A DNA stretch of 64,000 nt from Penicillus capitatus. Lineage: Eukaryota > Plantae > Chlorophyta. Shown here one piece after another: positions 1 through 13,830 of this stretch (position 1 is its first letter; each line of letters opens with the position of its first letter). Location: positions 175,101-239,100 of the forward strand of contig OZ287701.1 in assembly GCA_965649825.1 (NCBI GenBank), written 5' to 3'. The translations under genes and the position numbers were made by a program. A model generated the notes under the pieces. It ran no database searches and was not told the origin of the DNA. It saw nothing but the letters and a program-made list of their open reading frames with translations.

Positions 1-1647
1 GTTCAGTTTCTGCTAAACAATGTACAGCGATGGAGGCATGAAGATCTCTTCCATAGCGAGATTTTCGTCATTCACGGGCTCAAGTGGTAAAACATGTGTG
101 GCGTTCTCCCCCCGGATGAATGCGTGTTCGACAGGAGAGTGGTTTTCTGTCGTACCTTTCCTCCAGAAGGTGGCCGCGAAAGATTTGCCGTACAGCTCCT
201 CTATTGCAATGCGAAGACGATCACGTTCAATGTCTCCATATCATTCCGCAACCAGTCGAGTCCGGGCAAGACCTTCGTACAGCCAAGTGTGGTGCCCAGT
301 GATGCCGTCATTATTCGACCATCGGGTTTCTGCATCTTAGTCAGGTTTTGTCGGACCATTCCTTTCTGCTCTGCGTGGTTCATCGATGACTACCCAGACT
401 ACGAAACCATCCTCAGTCCCACAGCTGGCTTCGTAGTCGACAACACTCTTGTCGTGGGAATCCTTCTGTCCCACATCAAGGATGTCAGTGCAAGAGCAGG
501 ATCTTCCACCATAGGAGACGACATGGGCCTCATCTCTGTGGAAATTCTCTCCGAAGACAGCATACGTAAGAACATGAAAGAGGGATGCCCGTTTGGTCTC
601 GCTTCTGTCAAGAGAAGACGACATCACAATATCAAACGCAATTCGGTTGTTGGCAACTTCACGGTGCTGTTAAGACTATCAGACCTCAAATCACTCTCTG
701 TTCTTGGTGTATCCAGATGCCAAACAGCCGCCTGTGGCTGTGCGAACGTACAGCACGAGGTGTTGTCCTGCTGCAGGGCTTGTACAATATGCCAGTCGGT
801 ACAAAATTCGGTGACCTTCGTACAAAAGACATGTCCAGGGAGCAACCGTGGCTGACTTTGTTTCAAGAACGTCGGCTTCCCGACGAATACTTTCCCCATA
901 TTTCAGACAACGATGTCATTGTTTTCTGCAAGCTTTATGATCCGGAAGAGAGCACGTTGACGTATGTGGGATTTCTGCAGATTTCCAGGTCAAAGAGATG
1001 TCTAGATTTCATCGCCAGAGTCGCCGATCTGGCAGAGGTCCCTGTCGGCATTGGATTCGATGTCTACATCGAGGAAGGCGATCTCGGCGTTCGACATCTC
1101 TCGAATCTCTATTCCTCTGTCCTCGATGTGCGTAATTAACACGGAACACCTCATCCATTCCGTTGATCGCTGTCTGTAGACCGGTATTGTTTCTGGATCA
1201 GTGGTTGTCTTACGTCCGAGATTTGACGGACAGGACGTCTCTGAAGAGACCGTCCGAAATGAACTGAAATCGCTGTACTTAGACAGACTCGAGGTCTCTA
1301 GCAGAGCGGAACAGAAAAGGGTGAGAGAAGATTCACAGACTCGAGTATCTCAGGTACGGATTGTCAGCCCATAACTGTTTCAATGATCTCTGTCTTCTGC
1401 ATGGCAAGGTTAACGAGAATGACATGTGTGTTGTCTGCTTGGACGCCCCACAGACCTCTGGATTTCTGCATGGAACAACGTACGATCCTGTCATCTGCAT
1501 CCTATCTCTCTATGCCACTGTTATTGTGTTCTCAGTTCCCATCGTTGCGTCTGTGAACCCTGTGCTCTGAAGATCTCACAGCAAGCGCAGCCGCGATGTC
1601 CCATTTGTCGCGCTGTCGTTCAGCACACCATCTTTAAGATGTTCTAG
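1..1647 (+). CDS. MATH domain + USP7/UBP12-like UBL domain + C-terminal RING (C3HC4-type) protein, 5'-partial, multi-exon
   Basis: MATH-like strands (SEIFVIHGLKW|RVVFC...GFVVDNTLVVGILL). The segment DVIVFCKLYDPEESTLTYVGFLQI resembles the USP7/UBP12 C-terminal UBL. The RING CVVCLDAPQTSGFLHGTT|SHRCVCEPCALKI...CPICR ends at TAG 1647. Exons are joined by short GT-AG introns. Confidence 0.8.
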
Positions 1648-2661
1648 CAGTTCTGCTTTTAACGTATTTTCTTCTTTGTAACAACGATCGCGGTGTGTGC
1701 TTTGTGTGCATATTCTCATAGATAAAGAGCCTGTTTGACTTCGCATGAATCGTTTGGAAAGATCTGCTGAGACAGCTGCGACAAGTCCATGACCGACCTT
1801 TATGCGCGAGTGGCCTGTTAGTGTGTCCTTTTCATTTTTCTTTCGCTATCCGTAAACTCCCTTTCTCTTCGTTAATGCGAAGCTTTTTGTACATGTGATT
1901 GGTTTCGAGAGAGGTCATCTAATCACTTTCCGATTCGTAGCGGGATCGGTTATCACCGCATTAACGCGTTGCACAGTTTCGACACCGAACGTCGAGCAAG
2001 ATCGCCTTTCTTTTGCGTCACATCCAATTGGTCTTCGTCGACAACCTTACAGAATGAGCAGCAGCAAACTGAAGTGTTCTGAAAGAGTGCTGTCGACACC
2101 AGCCGGAGGGTTATTCAAGCATATTGTCATGGCATCAGCGATAGAACGCTGTCGCCGAGCGATGTGACACTGCCTCGTTATTGGGGGGTTCACAGTTCAA
2201 GGGGTGCTAGTTGAGTCATCCGAGGCCCTCTTCTCTGGCTCTGGCGCTAGGATGACTCAACTGCCTAGACATGTCGCGTCACTACGCACATACTTAAACG
2301 ACGCATTCTGATCACTCAGGACCTTGCTCCGATTACTTGTAAGAGTCTTCCGCTGTTATCGTTTGGCGCGGCACTTCCGCGGTGACAAACGCGACAGGTG
2401 CTTTCTTAAGGAACTGTTCTGTTCATACCATCGTCTCTAATTATCTTCGGATCCTGAGAGACGGCTAATACTCAAGACGACCGAGAATCTGGCGAATTGA
2501 CTGCAAGACGCGTCATGACAGAAGAGGGTGAGATCACATGGCATCAGAAACCGTCTGCCGCGCAGCCATAGGAGAATGACGACAACGATGTCGATCAGGA
2601 TCCTGTTAAGTCACCTAAATGTCATACTGAGGTGGCTAATGTTCTGAAGAGACACTAAGTC

Positions 2662-3246
2662 TTGAATGATCGAAGAACGCAATACTTCTTCACACAAGAA
2701 ACCGATTCTAGAGGAAGAGTGAACACAGAATCACTCAAAATGGACGAAATAAAAGAAGCTGACTACAGCAAACTCAAACTGGCAGGAAGCATCCTGTCAA
2801 AACTCCGAGAAACACTTCAGGAAAGCAGTGAGGAGATGCGAAAAGCAGTCACGACCTTGAGATCAAGATATCTCGAGAAAAGACTCAAACTGGCGAAGTA
2901 TTATGACTTACCGAAAGAGGGAAAGATCCCTAATCATATCGCCAGGAAAGCAAAAGATAAAAATACTGGTCTAACCAACTTTAAAAAAGAGATCAGCAAA
3001 ACCAGAAATGAGATGCATGAAGAGTACGATCTCTGTGAACATCTCATGCCCTGGAGATCTCCGCACTTCTTCATTGCGCATCATTGGATCAACGATGCAT
3101 TCGAAAGAATGGGACTTTGGCCCCAAAAGCGCAGTGAAGGCACCTGTTGGGATCGTGTAAACAACTTAGCAAGAACAGAGTCGAACAGGCACGCGACGAC
3201 GACGAAAAACGAACACTCGAACGACAGCACAGGGACTCAGGATTAG
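2662..3246 (+). CDS. Intronless Lys/Glu-rich ORF of unknown function, possibly a TE-derived ORF remnant
   Basis: 194-aa open frame, A-rich and helical/charged. No motif recognised. Confidence 0.3.
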   Translation: MNDRRTQYFFTQETDSRGRVNTESLKMDEIKEADYSKLKLAGSILSKLRETLQESSEEMRKAVTTLRSRYLEKRLKLAKYYDLPKEGKIPNHIARKAKDKNTGLTNFKKEISKTRNEMHEEYDLCEHLMPWRSPHFFIAHHWINDAFERMGLWPQKRSEGTCWDRVNNLARTESNRHATTTKNEHSNDSTGTQD

Positions 3247-3892
3247 TTACAAGTACAACGTTGTCTTTAAATACCCAGGGTGGTTGCAGGTCCCCAAACC
3301 TTACGACCCAACAGTCGCGAACTTTACACTACCTTTCATAACCTTATGCCTAACGTTATGCGGGAGTTAGCTCGGGAGCCGACACCCGTCGCGACCGCTG
3401 GTCGGCGCGCCAGGGTGGTTACGCGTCGACACAACCGTTCCGATGGCTGCGTCGGGCGACGTGACTACTGCATATCCTGCATCGCCGAAACTGAATATGA
3501 TGATCTACCTGTAGTTGTCCTTACTAGTGAAGCATACGGAATGGGGGCTCCATTCATCGGCTTAGCCTGTGACAGATGGATCGACGAACATTTAGTCTTC
3601 CGAAATCTTCTCGAGTCAGTCATTAGATGTTGATACGGGTTCTTGAGATCATCGCTTGCGGATGTAGCTCTCCAGGCAGGAGTGGATTTAAGACATCGCG
3701 CCCTAGAAAAACCACTTCTTTCTTACAAAACTGTATCTTCTGGTAGTTGGTGTGGAGGCAATTAACTTTCTTCACCCACAACACTTCTTCAAGATTGCTA
3801 TCGTGCTCTCACTCACCACGTCCGCCAACCAGGATGTCGTCTTGGTAGTTGACCGCCTTCGTTGATTCGAACACATTGCACAGACGGAGGAG

Positions 3893-4342
3893 AAAGTCGT
3901 CAACGAAAGATAGAAGAAGTCGTCACAAGTTCGCGGTTCAGTGCGGAGAAAGGGGGAAAGCCGTTACGGAGTGGTCGGGTGAGTCGTCACAAGTGTGCGG
4001 TGGTCGCCGGAGAAAGACGTCACGGAAGCAAGATAGTCGTCGGCGTGGCGTCGATCGAAAGATGGCCGTGTCGGAAAACTAACGGTTCCTCCCCCGGTCG
4101 GAAAAAAGTTAGGGCCTTGTCGGAGAATTAACGGTTTCCCTGGCCGAAACGGTTAGTTTTCCGACACGGTCATCTTTCGATTGACGCCACGCCGACGACT
4201 ATCTTGCATCCGTAACGTCTTTCTCCCCTTTCCCCGCACTGAACCACGCACTTGTGACGACTCTCTTGACCACCCGTGACGACTTTCTCCGGCGACCACT
4301 GTACACTTGTGACGACTCCTCCGACCCTTCTTTGACGACTTT
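3893..4342. repeat. ~450-bp imperfect inverted repeat (foldback/MITE-like) with internal GTCGTCACAAGT subrepeats
   Basis: 4031-4089 (caagatagtcgtcggcgtggcgtcgatcgaaagatggccgtgtcggaaaactaac) is near-identical to the reverse complement of ~4150-4208. The outer ends aaagtcgtcaa / ttgacgacttt also pair. ORFs on both strands share the peptide KIVVGVASIER. Confidence 0.85.
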
Positions 4343-6248
4343 TGTCTCTCACACTCGCAATCATGGAGTTTGTGTTCCCTTGGGAGAAGCGCGCTAACAG
4401 AGGTTCAACGTCATGATGTGACCATGTCTTCACCGATGTCCACCTACTACACGCCTCTAGCTCTGCCGTCGTTCTCTATGGAATCTATCCTAGTTAATCA
4501 TTTGCTAGCGACACTTTTTCGGTCGCAAGTCCCTTGACCATCAACATATGTATGCCCGCTGGTTCCACCGCAACACAAGGCTTGTCATCATTCCATGGGG
4601 AAGGAATGCCTTTGCATCTGCTCCATATTTCGGCTGAAAAGCGTGATTCCCTGCCCAATGTGGTTTCGTACTCCCATGTTTTCTCTTCCTCACCTCGTTT
4701 GAGTACCTCTGCGGCCTTCTAGTCTCTTTTTTGATTCGAGGACCGTTGCTCATAGACTCTTTTAGTTAACCTTCATTAACTCCTCGACGTTCCATTCTTT
4801 GGCCCCGTGGCGCTATGCAAAGTCGTTTCATCTATAGAATGTCAGTGATCCGAACCGCCCTTGGAAGAATTCCCTTCCGATTCCAAGGCTTCGTACACGT
4901 CCTCATCGCCCCCATTCAGAACCCTGTCTGTCTCCCGCACACGCCATTCGGTTTCGGCAAGCGGCTCGCTGCAAGCCTTTCTATCACACTATCCTCGGCT
5001 CACCGTTCCTTGACGTTCCTAGAATGCCACGTCTGTACGCTGTCCGGAACAAGAATGAAAATTCCGCCGTTCTCCTGCTTTTAATTGCTTAAAGTTTCTA
5101 GCGCCGCATCAGTACTTGATCCCACACACGCCTGCGCTTCTAGCCATCGACAGAGGTAGTCAGTCCCCCGCGAGTAAAGTAGGCCGTGTTTCTTCGGAGT
5201 CCGCCGTCTGGCAAAGGCCGGCGAAATCTATCCCGGCTGGCTCTTGGATTCTATCTTCCGGCGTTGTCCTAAGTCCATCTACCCTGTTCTTGACAGAGTC
5301 AAGACATCAGATATCTTTTCTCGTACGAGATTTGCTTGATCCTTGCATAATCTGAAGAGACGTCGCACGATGAACCTTGATAACGTCGTCTAGATGATGA
5401 TGGCGAGAACATTATGAGCGAAATGATAGCATCGTATGCATTGGCGTGTCCAGGGTTAAATCTTCAGGCGGGTTTTAGATCATGACAACTGTAGGCGATT
5501 AGGAAAACTTCTGGTGCGACTTTTGCGCTTCAAAAGACTTAGATGGACATATGGCCGACAGAAGCCCGACCGATGTATGGCTCACATGCCTTCTCGGCAG
5601 ACTATGTGTCCAGCTCTCGTCAGGTCTTCTTCGAGTATCGCACTGATCGCGAGCTCCTTATGCGATCCAAGTACGCAAGCAACTCTCTTCGAGATGTGTT
5701 TTTGAACATTGGGCTGCGCAAGCTGCTCTCGTACGAGAAACTGGTTGGTATGCTTTCTATTCAAATCTATGACTGAAATTGTAAATCCGTCAGGAAACAG
5801 AGGAACAGTGTACCCGAAAGCGGTAAAAGAGGCCGTTGCCAAGCTGTAGAGGACGACGTCGCCTTGATTACTGCTGCTCTTGACGCATTTCCTACCTTGC
5901 GATAAGGCAGGCACGTTGTGTGGAAAGTAAACGGCATCCTTCAGGAAGATGTCTTTGAATCCTTCGCTGTTTTTGTTAGTTGAAGCAGTATTCAGACCAT
6001 ACCGACCGATTTCACGAATCGTCATCGGAATTCGGCTGCAGGCAAAATGGACTTCGTGTGGAATTGCCGGTCGACGGTCGCGTTGACAATGGGATTGTAA
6101 AAACAGCCACGGCACTTGAAACTTTGCATGTACATGAGATCACACAGGGATCATTATGAGACTTGACTGTGGATTCAACATACGGCAGCAAACACTCTTG
6201 TGCCTGCGAACACAGTTCTCGGAGATGGTTTGAATGAAAAGTCCATGT

Positions 6249-8588
6249 TCAAGTTTCCGATTTCGACCGTAGAATGATTTCGATTCTGTACCAACTAGGA
6301 CAGCAAACTTTGTGCAAAGCATAAAGTTTCTGTCGATGACAAATGACGAAAATAAAAAAGCCTAAAACCAGAGCAGCTATCACGATCACGATCACGATCC
6401 ACAACCACTCTTCCATCTCAGGAAGAATGAAATTGTCAGGATTCGAACAACACATCACATCTTCACTTGATTTGAACTTCTCAAAAGGACACACAACATC
6501 ACTCAAAAGAACGCCAGCAGTCTCATCAATTGGCCGCGACGCATCCAACACTTCATCTGTTTTACAAAGATCGGCTGGCGGAACGGTGAAGTAGCCACGC
6601 TTCGGCATACTCCTCACAGTACCTCCGCACGATTCTATGGAATCATATTTGCAGATGAAGGAAGTCTCTTCAATACATGACTTGACAAAGAGATTCCTCA
6701 TCACACCTCTGGAATCGATAGCAACACAGGGCTCTCTACCCGGCATGAAAATTGGCTCTCGAACTCCCCAGTATTCAGACCCATCTTCTAAGACTGAATC
6801 TTCAGAATCGATCCAGGAGAAACGGTCACCCGTTTGTCGACTTGCACCGACCCAGGATCCATCTGTCTGTGCGAGCTTCGCTAGAAAAGCGAGCTCGCCT
6901 TTATCCACTATGCTCACCAACTGTCCACCGTCTTCCACGCACAGCTCCTTCGCCCTCTCCCAATTGACTTCTTCAACGAACACCTTGTAGGCCGAATCTC
7001 GAAATGTGAAACACTTATTCTCATCGACGTCTTCGGCGAGGACCGTATCCGGGCACTCAGACAAAGGATCCTGCGCCTGTCTGTAGATCTGTTGCTCGCA
7101 GGAAGTGATCTCTGACGGAATGCATTGTCTGGAACGGTCAATGATTGCATTAAGGGCTTGTTCGCTGGTAACGCCTCCTCTTTCCAGCTCATGGAGCCCA
7201 ACGTCGTGCCCCACCACGCCAAGGAAGACATCTGGTGCGTTTTCTGATCCTTTGGCGAAGAATGGTGTCGCCACTGTTGTGAGAAGCCCCAACCCTCCTG
7301 CGTCGACGTAGGGCTCCACCCAGATAGGCAGCTCTGTTCTTCCGCTTGCGAAATAGAGATAGTAAGAATTCAGAGCGTCGAAGGTATTGGTGTTCGGTCC
7401 AATAAACGACCAGGCTCCATTGTTGGCGCAGGCCAGTTGTCTTGGGATGGCGTCATCTGCTTCTCGAGTCATCGAGTAGGTGAATATCGATGCTCTGGCA
7501 CCAGTTATTTCCTCTAATCTCTGCTGCATCTTCTCGACATTAGAAGCCATCTGCGAACGCTTTATGCTTGTCTGATCAGGACCGGTCGTATCCATTCCGT
7601 CAGTCAAGAACAGGATGACCTTGTGACAGTGAGAACAAGATGCTTCTCCACGGCAAGCATTTGTCAAAATGCGAAACGCTGTCTCAAATGCGGCAGTAAA
7701 ATTGGTGTTCCCGCCCGGTTCGACCTCATCCATTTTATGGCGAAGAATCTCAATGTGTTGTGTGCGGGCCCTCACAAGATCAGAGAATCCCCACAGAGCT
7801 TCAGCTTGGTCGGAGAACACAACAACGTTCACAAAATCTACCAGGGTGAAGGTTCCAAGCATGTCCTTCACTGCCCGTTGGGCCGTGTCCCATTTCGTGC
7901 GCTCAGTGTATCCGACGATGTTCTTCATGGAATCAGACTTATCCACGACCAAGACAATATCTTTCGGTCCAGTACTAGCTCCAATATACCAAGGTCGCTG
8001 TCTTGGGTCATATGCGTTGCTGCAGCCGAATGTACTCTCTTCATGTTCACGTTCTCGTTCCCATGCCGCCGACGGGTAATTACGGAACAGTCCATCTCGA
8101 GTTCCTACAGCACAACAGCGTCAACGAGTGAGAACATTTGCGAAAATCTGACCTAGATAGAGCCATCCGTATTCGTCTTGTCCATGGGTCTTCGTGAAGG
8201 TTTCGTCAAGGTTACGGTAAATGCAGAGGTTTTCTTTGATGCTGTCGCTTAAGTTTTTCGGGTTGGCTCCAGGTGGAGTAACGAAGTCTGACATCGTTTT
8301 GTCAATTCGCCGCCCACGTGCGCTACACACCTCGGGTGTCCCGAGGTCCTCTATGCACGGTAAGTGGACATAGTCGCTGGAGCAGACATGTTTAGAGCAT
8401 TTGCATTCTCGAACCAGCTCAACACGTTCTGCGTGTAACTCGCTAGCACGTTTAGCAATCTCTTTCACGACGCGTTCTTGCGATTCAACGAAGTTCATCA
8501 AGTCGTTCGGAATCATTGTGCTCTCTCCGATTGCGTTTAGAACGCAGACACAGAGTGCAGAGAAAACGAATTGGATGCGAGAAGCCAT
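6249..8588 (-). CDS. Type-I membrane protein: signal peptide, VWA_N/VWA (alpha2delta-like), Cache-like segment, C-type lectin domain, TM (copy 1)
   Basis: Signal peptide MASRIQFVFSALCVCVLNAIG. YDPRQRPWY...PKDIVLVVDKSDS gives an intact MIDAS, followed by KVILFLTDG and PIWVEPYVD. CTL motifs WERAKELCVEDGGQLVSI, WVGAS and CIEETSFICK are present, then TM WLWIVIVIVIAALVLGFFIFVIC. One GT-AG intron near 8105-8152. Confidence 0.85.
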
Positions 8589-11500
8589 GGTACGGGCGGT
8601 AAGACAAGATGGCAGCACAACAACTTGGGGGAAATTCCCTTGTCGACAGCATGTTCGGAGGTTAAATGATCGTGCGGTTCTGCCAGAGATATTTATGGCA
8701 TGCTCCCAAATCTCTTAATCGTCACCGCTCGCTGAATTCCTACCCAGAATAGCGGCGACAGGTGTTTTATGGTCAACGAAGTAGCTTGCCAGCCTCCAGT
8801 GCCGACCGAATGCACGTCATCTGACGTGTTAAAGACTCGGGAAAGATGGCGAAGGATAGAACAACAAACCCCCAGTCCTCTTCAGGAAGATGAAAACAGT
8901 TTGATAAAAAAAGTCGAGAAAAAGCTTTGAACATCATGCATCATCCCTCCGAAACGACCAATGATGAATGCTGAACTGAAGCCACTATTAGAATGCTTTC
9001 AAGAATCACCATGGAAACTTGTACGGCACGTAATGTCGTCCGCATGTTGCCACCGATCATTTCATTTGTACGGAAGACGACTGACCGGTGGAGTCGACAA
9101 CGACATGGGAGGTCGGTGTCGAATACATGAAGCCGCGCGGCTTGCTTCGTTTTGTTCGTGGGGTCTGTCTGGCTCATTCGAGGCAAAACAAACGTCGTTC
9201 TTTGCATGACACTGCTGTTGTCGTCGCCCATTCATGCATGATCCGCTGACATCGCACACCGGTATCTCGCTATCCGCTGCGAGCCTGTCGACGACTTCTG
9301 TGAGGGAGAGAATCTTGCGTGTATTCCCACCAATTTCTCCGCGTCTTCTTAAGTAGCTCTTCCTTGAATGTTCAGAACCGCGCTAAGTCGGTTAGTCGCA
9401 GAACGGTCTACATCCGTGCGAACTCTCTCTACCGCCTTCTCTGATCCAGGCTTCTTATGTCATCTGCGCGTTTTTGATACCTGCCACAATGCATGCCTCA
9501 ACGTACAGTACTGATGAGACGAGTGGTGGGGCCGGACAACGGGTACTTCTTCAATCGACGCATCCCTTATTTGCGAATCGTCGCATCTGATCAACCGTTT
9601 TTCATGCCCAGAAGCCATGCTGTGTGGGTTTTAACTCTGTCTTCGACCTATAACTCTGCCGATACTCTAATGCCCAACGCCCTGTCTAAAACGCGTGACC
9701 ATTGCGCTTCTCAGGGTCGCGAGAGAACCGTATTTGCGCTGAAAGGTCTGTACAGTGCATCACCCCTGTCGAGACGTCTCTGTCGTAATGAGGATGAAAA
9801 TCTCAAAACGTTGACAAGGTCGACCGTGCGTATTTTCTTACTCGTGTTCTTTGCGTTAATCCGTGCTCGTCGCCGCTGTTTTTGCGGCTGTGCGATCATT
9901 TCAGTGTCCTAGTGTGCGACGGCGTCGTATCTGACGTGTTCCCATCTCCGATCTAACCGACAGCAACAGTCTGCCCTTCGAAGAGGAATCCAAAACGCGA
10001 GATGAGTAAGATCGGCCTCAGAATCTACACGACAGACGTCGCAAAAGTAACTTCTCAGATGTCCGAACGTAAAAGAGCCGCTTCGCTCATTCTCCAGCAA
10101 GAAAGCGAGCTCGAGTGAACCTGGATTCGTTAGACAAAGTGTCACAAAATTGCAATCAACTGCAGCTGGACATTTCTGAAGAAGGGACAGGGTGAAGATG
10201 CGAATCGCGATTCGACAACGATTTCCGCACCATTGATTTTTCGATTTGATTAAGTGGGTGCAACTTTCGCCTGTGGTGCCATACATCGTCGTATCATCTC
10301 TAACGAGAATTCGCTTGCCGAGATCAAACACACACAAAAAAGACGATTTGCTTGTTGCAATGAAGACAAACATAGCAATCCACAGTGTTCGAACTTTGCA
10401 TTCGTCTTGTTTGCATCAGTGACGGTTTTGGACACCCTCGAGTTCAATGATGTTGATGCACGATTAACCGCTACGTTCAATAACGCTGGTTATTGGAATG
10501 GCAAGGAAAAGGCTAACGCCTTACCTCTTTAATATCGGTTTACGTACGTTGACTGAAACGCACAATCCTGAAGACTTTGATGTACGGTGCGATATGCTTA
10601 ACCGCCGTTTTTTATTTCGCACACACACCGTTGACGTGAATCTATCTAGCATTGTTTGCGTGTTCGAAAGAGCGACTGCGTAGGTCTCTGTGTACAGACA
10701 ACGGAGCAAAGAAATCAAAGTTCCCGATTACATTTTGCCAATAGGCGCACGCACTTTATTGTTTTCTGTAGTCTAAGTGTTTTCAAACAGGGACGCCAAA
10801 AAAGGAAAAAGCAAAGCCCATCAAGAACCAAATGTGCAGTTTGTGTGCGTGACACCACACGCTCTGGCGAACAATCAAACATATGCCTTCTCGACACATA
10901 CGCAAGTGGAAAAGTCTAAAGATAAGTACGATCCTTTGGCGATAGACATCGAATTGTATAATAAAACATTCGTACACTAGGGTATTAAGATATATTAGAC
11001 GATACAGGGGTTTCCTTTGAAAGTGAAGGATATGATCACAGAACGCTTGTGCTACTAAAGAGAGACGAACAATGAAGAGATGAATCCTAATACAAACTTC
11101 AAAAATGCTTTAATCGAATGACGTCTATTGCAATCTTTGAAAACTTGTAGTACTCACTAGTTATACGGTCACGTCATTTTTTCACAAGATATGCGATCAA
11201 ACTTACCACTGGCACGATAATGCTAAGGAATAGGATACAAACAGCACTGCCAGCACATTATTAACCGAAGTACTCCTACTAAGGCTTGTCCCAAACGAAA
11301 AATTGTCTAGGCTTATCACCTGAAGAAACGTACGTCTCAATTGCATGAAAAGACGAAACACAAGACTATATCTCATGATGCCTCAGTATTTTTTTGTTGC
11401 TGGATGTCACGAAAACCCGAATCGAAAAGGACAATTTGCGCAATAAGTACTTGATGTTCGGAATCTACTTGCTAAATCTACCAATGACTTTTCTTCTCGT

Positions 11501-13537
11501 TAACCCTCTTTGTTTGCGTTTCTTTACCCCTTAGACAAATAGCTTTGCAAAGAGGACGAGAGGTATACGTCGAAAACAAACGTGTATAACCTGCATGCAC
11601 CAAGAAATTGTGCAACACGGGCAGTCTCTTGTACCTAATGCCTCGTTAATGCACAAATTTGCTCAAGTCCTTGCCGTAAGCAGGCGTTTGTGCATCGTGG
11701 ACGGAGTGTCACAACGGACTTTTAAGCAACGATAACTATGATGGCGCACGGAGCCAGAACTCAGGTGTAACACGCATGCGTGTAGGGTAAGTGCTATCGA
11801 GGACCTCACTACTGTGAGTTGCTCGCTATACAACTTTTTTGACAACATCTTTGACAAGGGCGACTTGAAACCCTCGAATTCCGTGGCCCGCGTCCGTTTG
11901 TCTAACAATGACTCGTCCACTAGTTCGTATTGCCGGCCGCACAGGCCGAGAACGGCTTGCATAGGCCACATGTCTCATAAGCTCGAAAAAAGAGAACCAG
12001 TTTGCGCCTAGTCTATTGCTAGTGCCGTGAAGACATCAACTATTATTCCAATCGATTCTGCAACATTGTTAGTCTACGAAGTGGATCACAGAATATGCTT
12101 TGCACTTGGAAGAGGGTTTTTTCTTTTTACCTTAAGAACAATAACGACGGGCATTTTAGCACTCGCCGGTCTGAATCTTAAATCTAAGAGAGATCCGGTT
12201 TGGTGTCTTTGTTGGTAACTCTCTTTGTTACCGCGGCTAACTTATCGTGCTTTTCCAATTCATACCTTCCGTATCTTGCCCGTGTATTGATTTGACAACC
12301 CGAAGCTGTCGACGTGTACAACGCAGGGCAGAACCGAATACGTTCAATCCACTGTACTCCTCCAGCGTTTAATGATACGTTCGCGCCAAGCCTCCTCGAG
12401 AAACCAGACCTCAAGCCAAAGTTGACGCCACTCACTCAAAATTTGAAAGAGACGATGACAAGAACTTAAGCGAATCAATCGTGCAAAGCTGGGAATGATT
12501 AAATTACCTTTCGACGCGCGACGACGTCAAATCCGACTCTATTATCATCATCTACTTCCCTGCTACAGTTCGTGACTGCTTGCGCCGAACGAAAGGAGTA
12601 AGACTACCCTCTCGTACACAAACACAAATGAAACACAGAACACAACTAAGTACTATCCACGTTTCTTAAAAGGTCCAAGTCGTGCCTCGGGATGGCTAGA
12701 TGATGGGCTGTAGTCGGGGAGCTTTCCCGGATTTTGAAAGCACGATTATGCGGCCGACTATGCAGTCATCGCCACGTAGATATCTAACGATACATCCGAA
12801 CCTCGTGTCGACAGAATCCTTAGGCAGACGTTCATTTTCATCTTTGGTTATCGAAAATACGGCTGAGATAGACGAGAGGCTAATTAGTGAGGCCGAACAA
12901 CAACAATAGTTGTCGATTACCATTAAACGGCTGGATCAAGGATCCACACCTCTCATCACCTACTCCGGACAATTGTTAAGCCTTTCTTTTATTCTTGCTT
13001 TCTCTGCGCGCCCGGCCGGGCGACAAGTGCGAAGCTTCCGCATGCGAACAGTAAGTTGTAGATTCTTTGCGTGGTCTTCAAGAGACATTATAATGGTTGA
13101 CACCAAGCATTTTAGTTATATACTGATGGAGATCGGTCCGACTGCTTGCGATGGACCAACTAACTCTTTGGCTTCCATAGGCTTCTACGCCGCACCCCCA
13201 CCATCCTCTCTAGGCGCTTTAACTTCACAACTATTGTTCGCTGCACGTCGGGACTCGACACTCGCTGTTTTCCAGAGTTCTCTGTTTATGGGTGTGATTA
13301 GATTTTGCAACTCGCAGTCAATGGTCTTCAGCAACTCCTGTTTTTGGGTCGCTGATCGAAGTCCTCATTCGTTGAGGTAGCACAAGAAAAGATCTGGCGT
13401 CGCTGTTCTCGCAATCATTACAGCATCTAACACGTCTGTGATGTTTTTCTTCGTTTAATTGGTTTTACATCTCCCTTTTGACAAGATCGCGAAAGCATCA
13501 ACACAAGCTAGGTTCAAACATTCATTGTACAGCTACA

Positions 13538-13830
13538 TCAGCGTCCCCATTTGCCGCCAAGAGTACGCCATAAAGTTGCAATTGGTTCCACAAAGTCTGA
13601 TAGAGCCGTTGGGTGCCAGAAGATGCATGCGATCGATAGCGGGTCATCCAGTTCTCTGGTGAGGAGTCTTCGGGCTTCAGAGAGGCGGGGGTATTCAAGA
13701 AGTAGATGGTTGCGGTCTTCCGATTCCGCGCCGCAGATGCAGCGGGAGTCCCCGATCCTTAGGCCAAATCTAAGCAAGTACTGGTTTGACGGGAAATGAT
13801 TCGCAACAAACCGACTCAAGCGTGACGCCG
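13538..13830 (-). mobile_element. 3' fragment of a non-LTR retrotransposon ORF2 (C-terminal zinc-knuckle region), degenerate
   Basis: LSRFVANHFPSNQYLLRFGLRIGDSRCICGAESEDRNHLLLEYPRL matches the LINE C-terminal CCHC pattern (C-x-CG-x3-E-x3-H-x4-CP) with the last Cys lost. The upstream frame is interrupted by stops. Confidence 0.7.

Noticed and set aside
5514-6115. Overlapping ORFs on both strands as a gene
   Set aside because: No recognisable domain or consistent splice pattern.
8900-13400. Scattered 60-156 aa ORFs
   Set aside because: No recognisable motifs or consistent frames. The region may hide a fragmented gene or old TE, but I cannot support a call.
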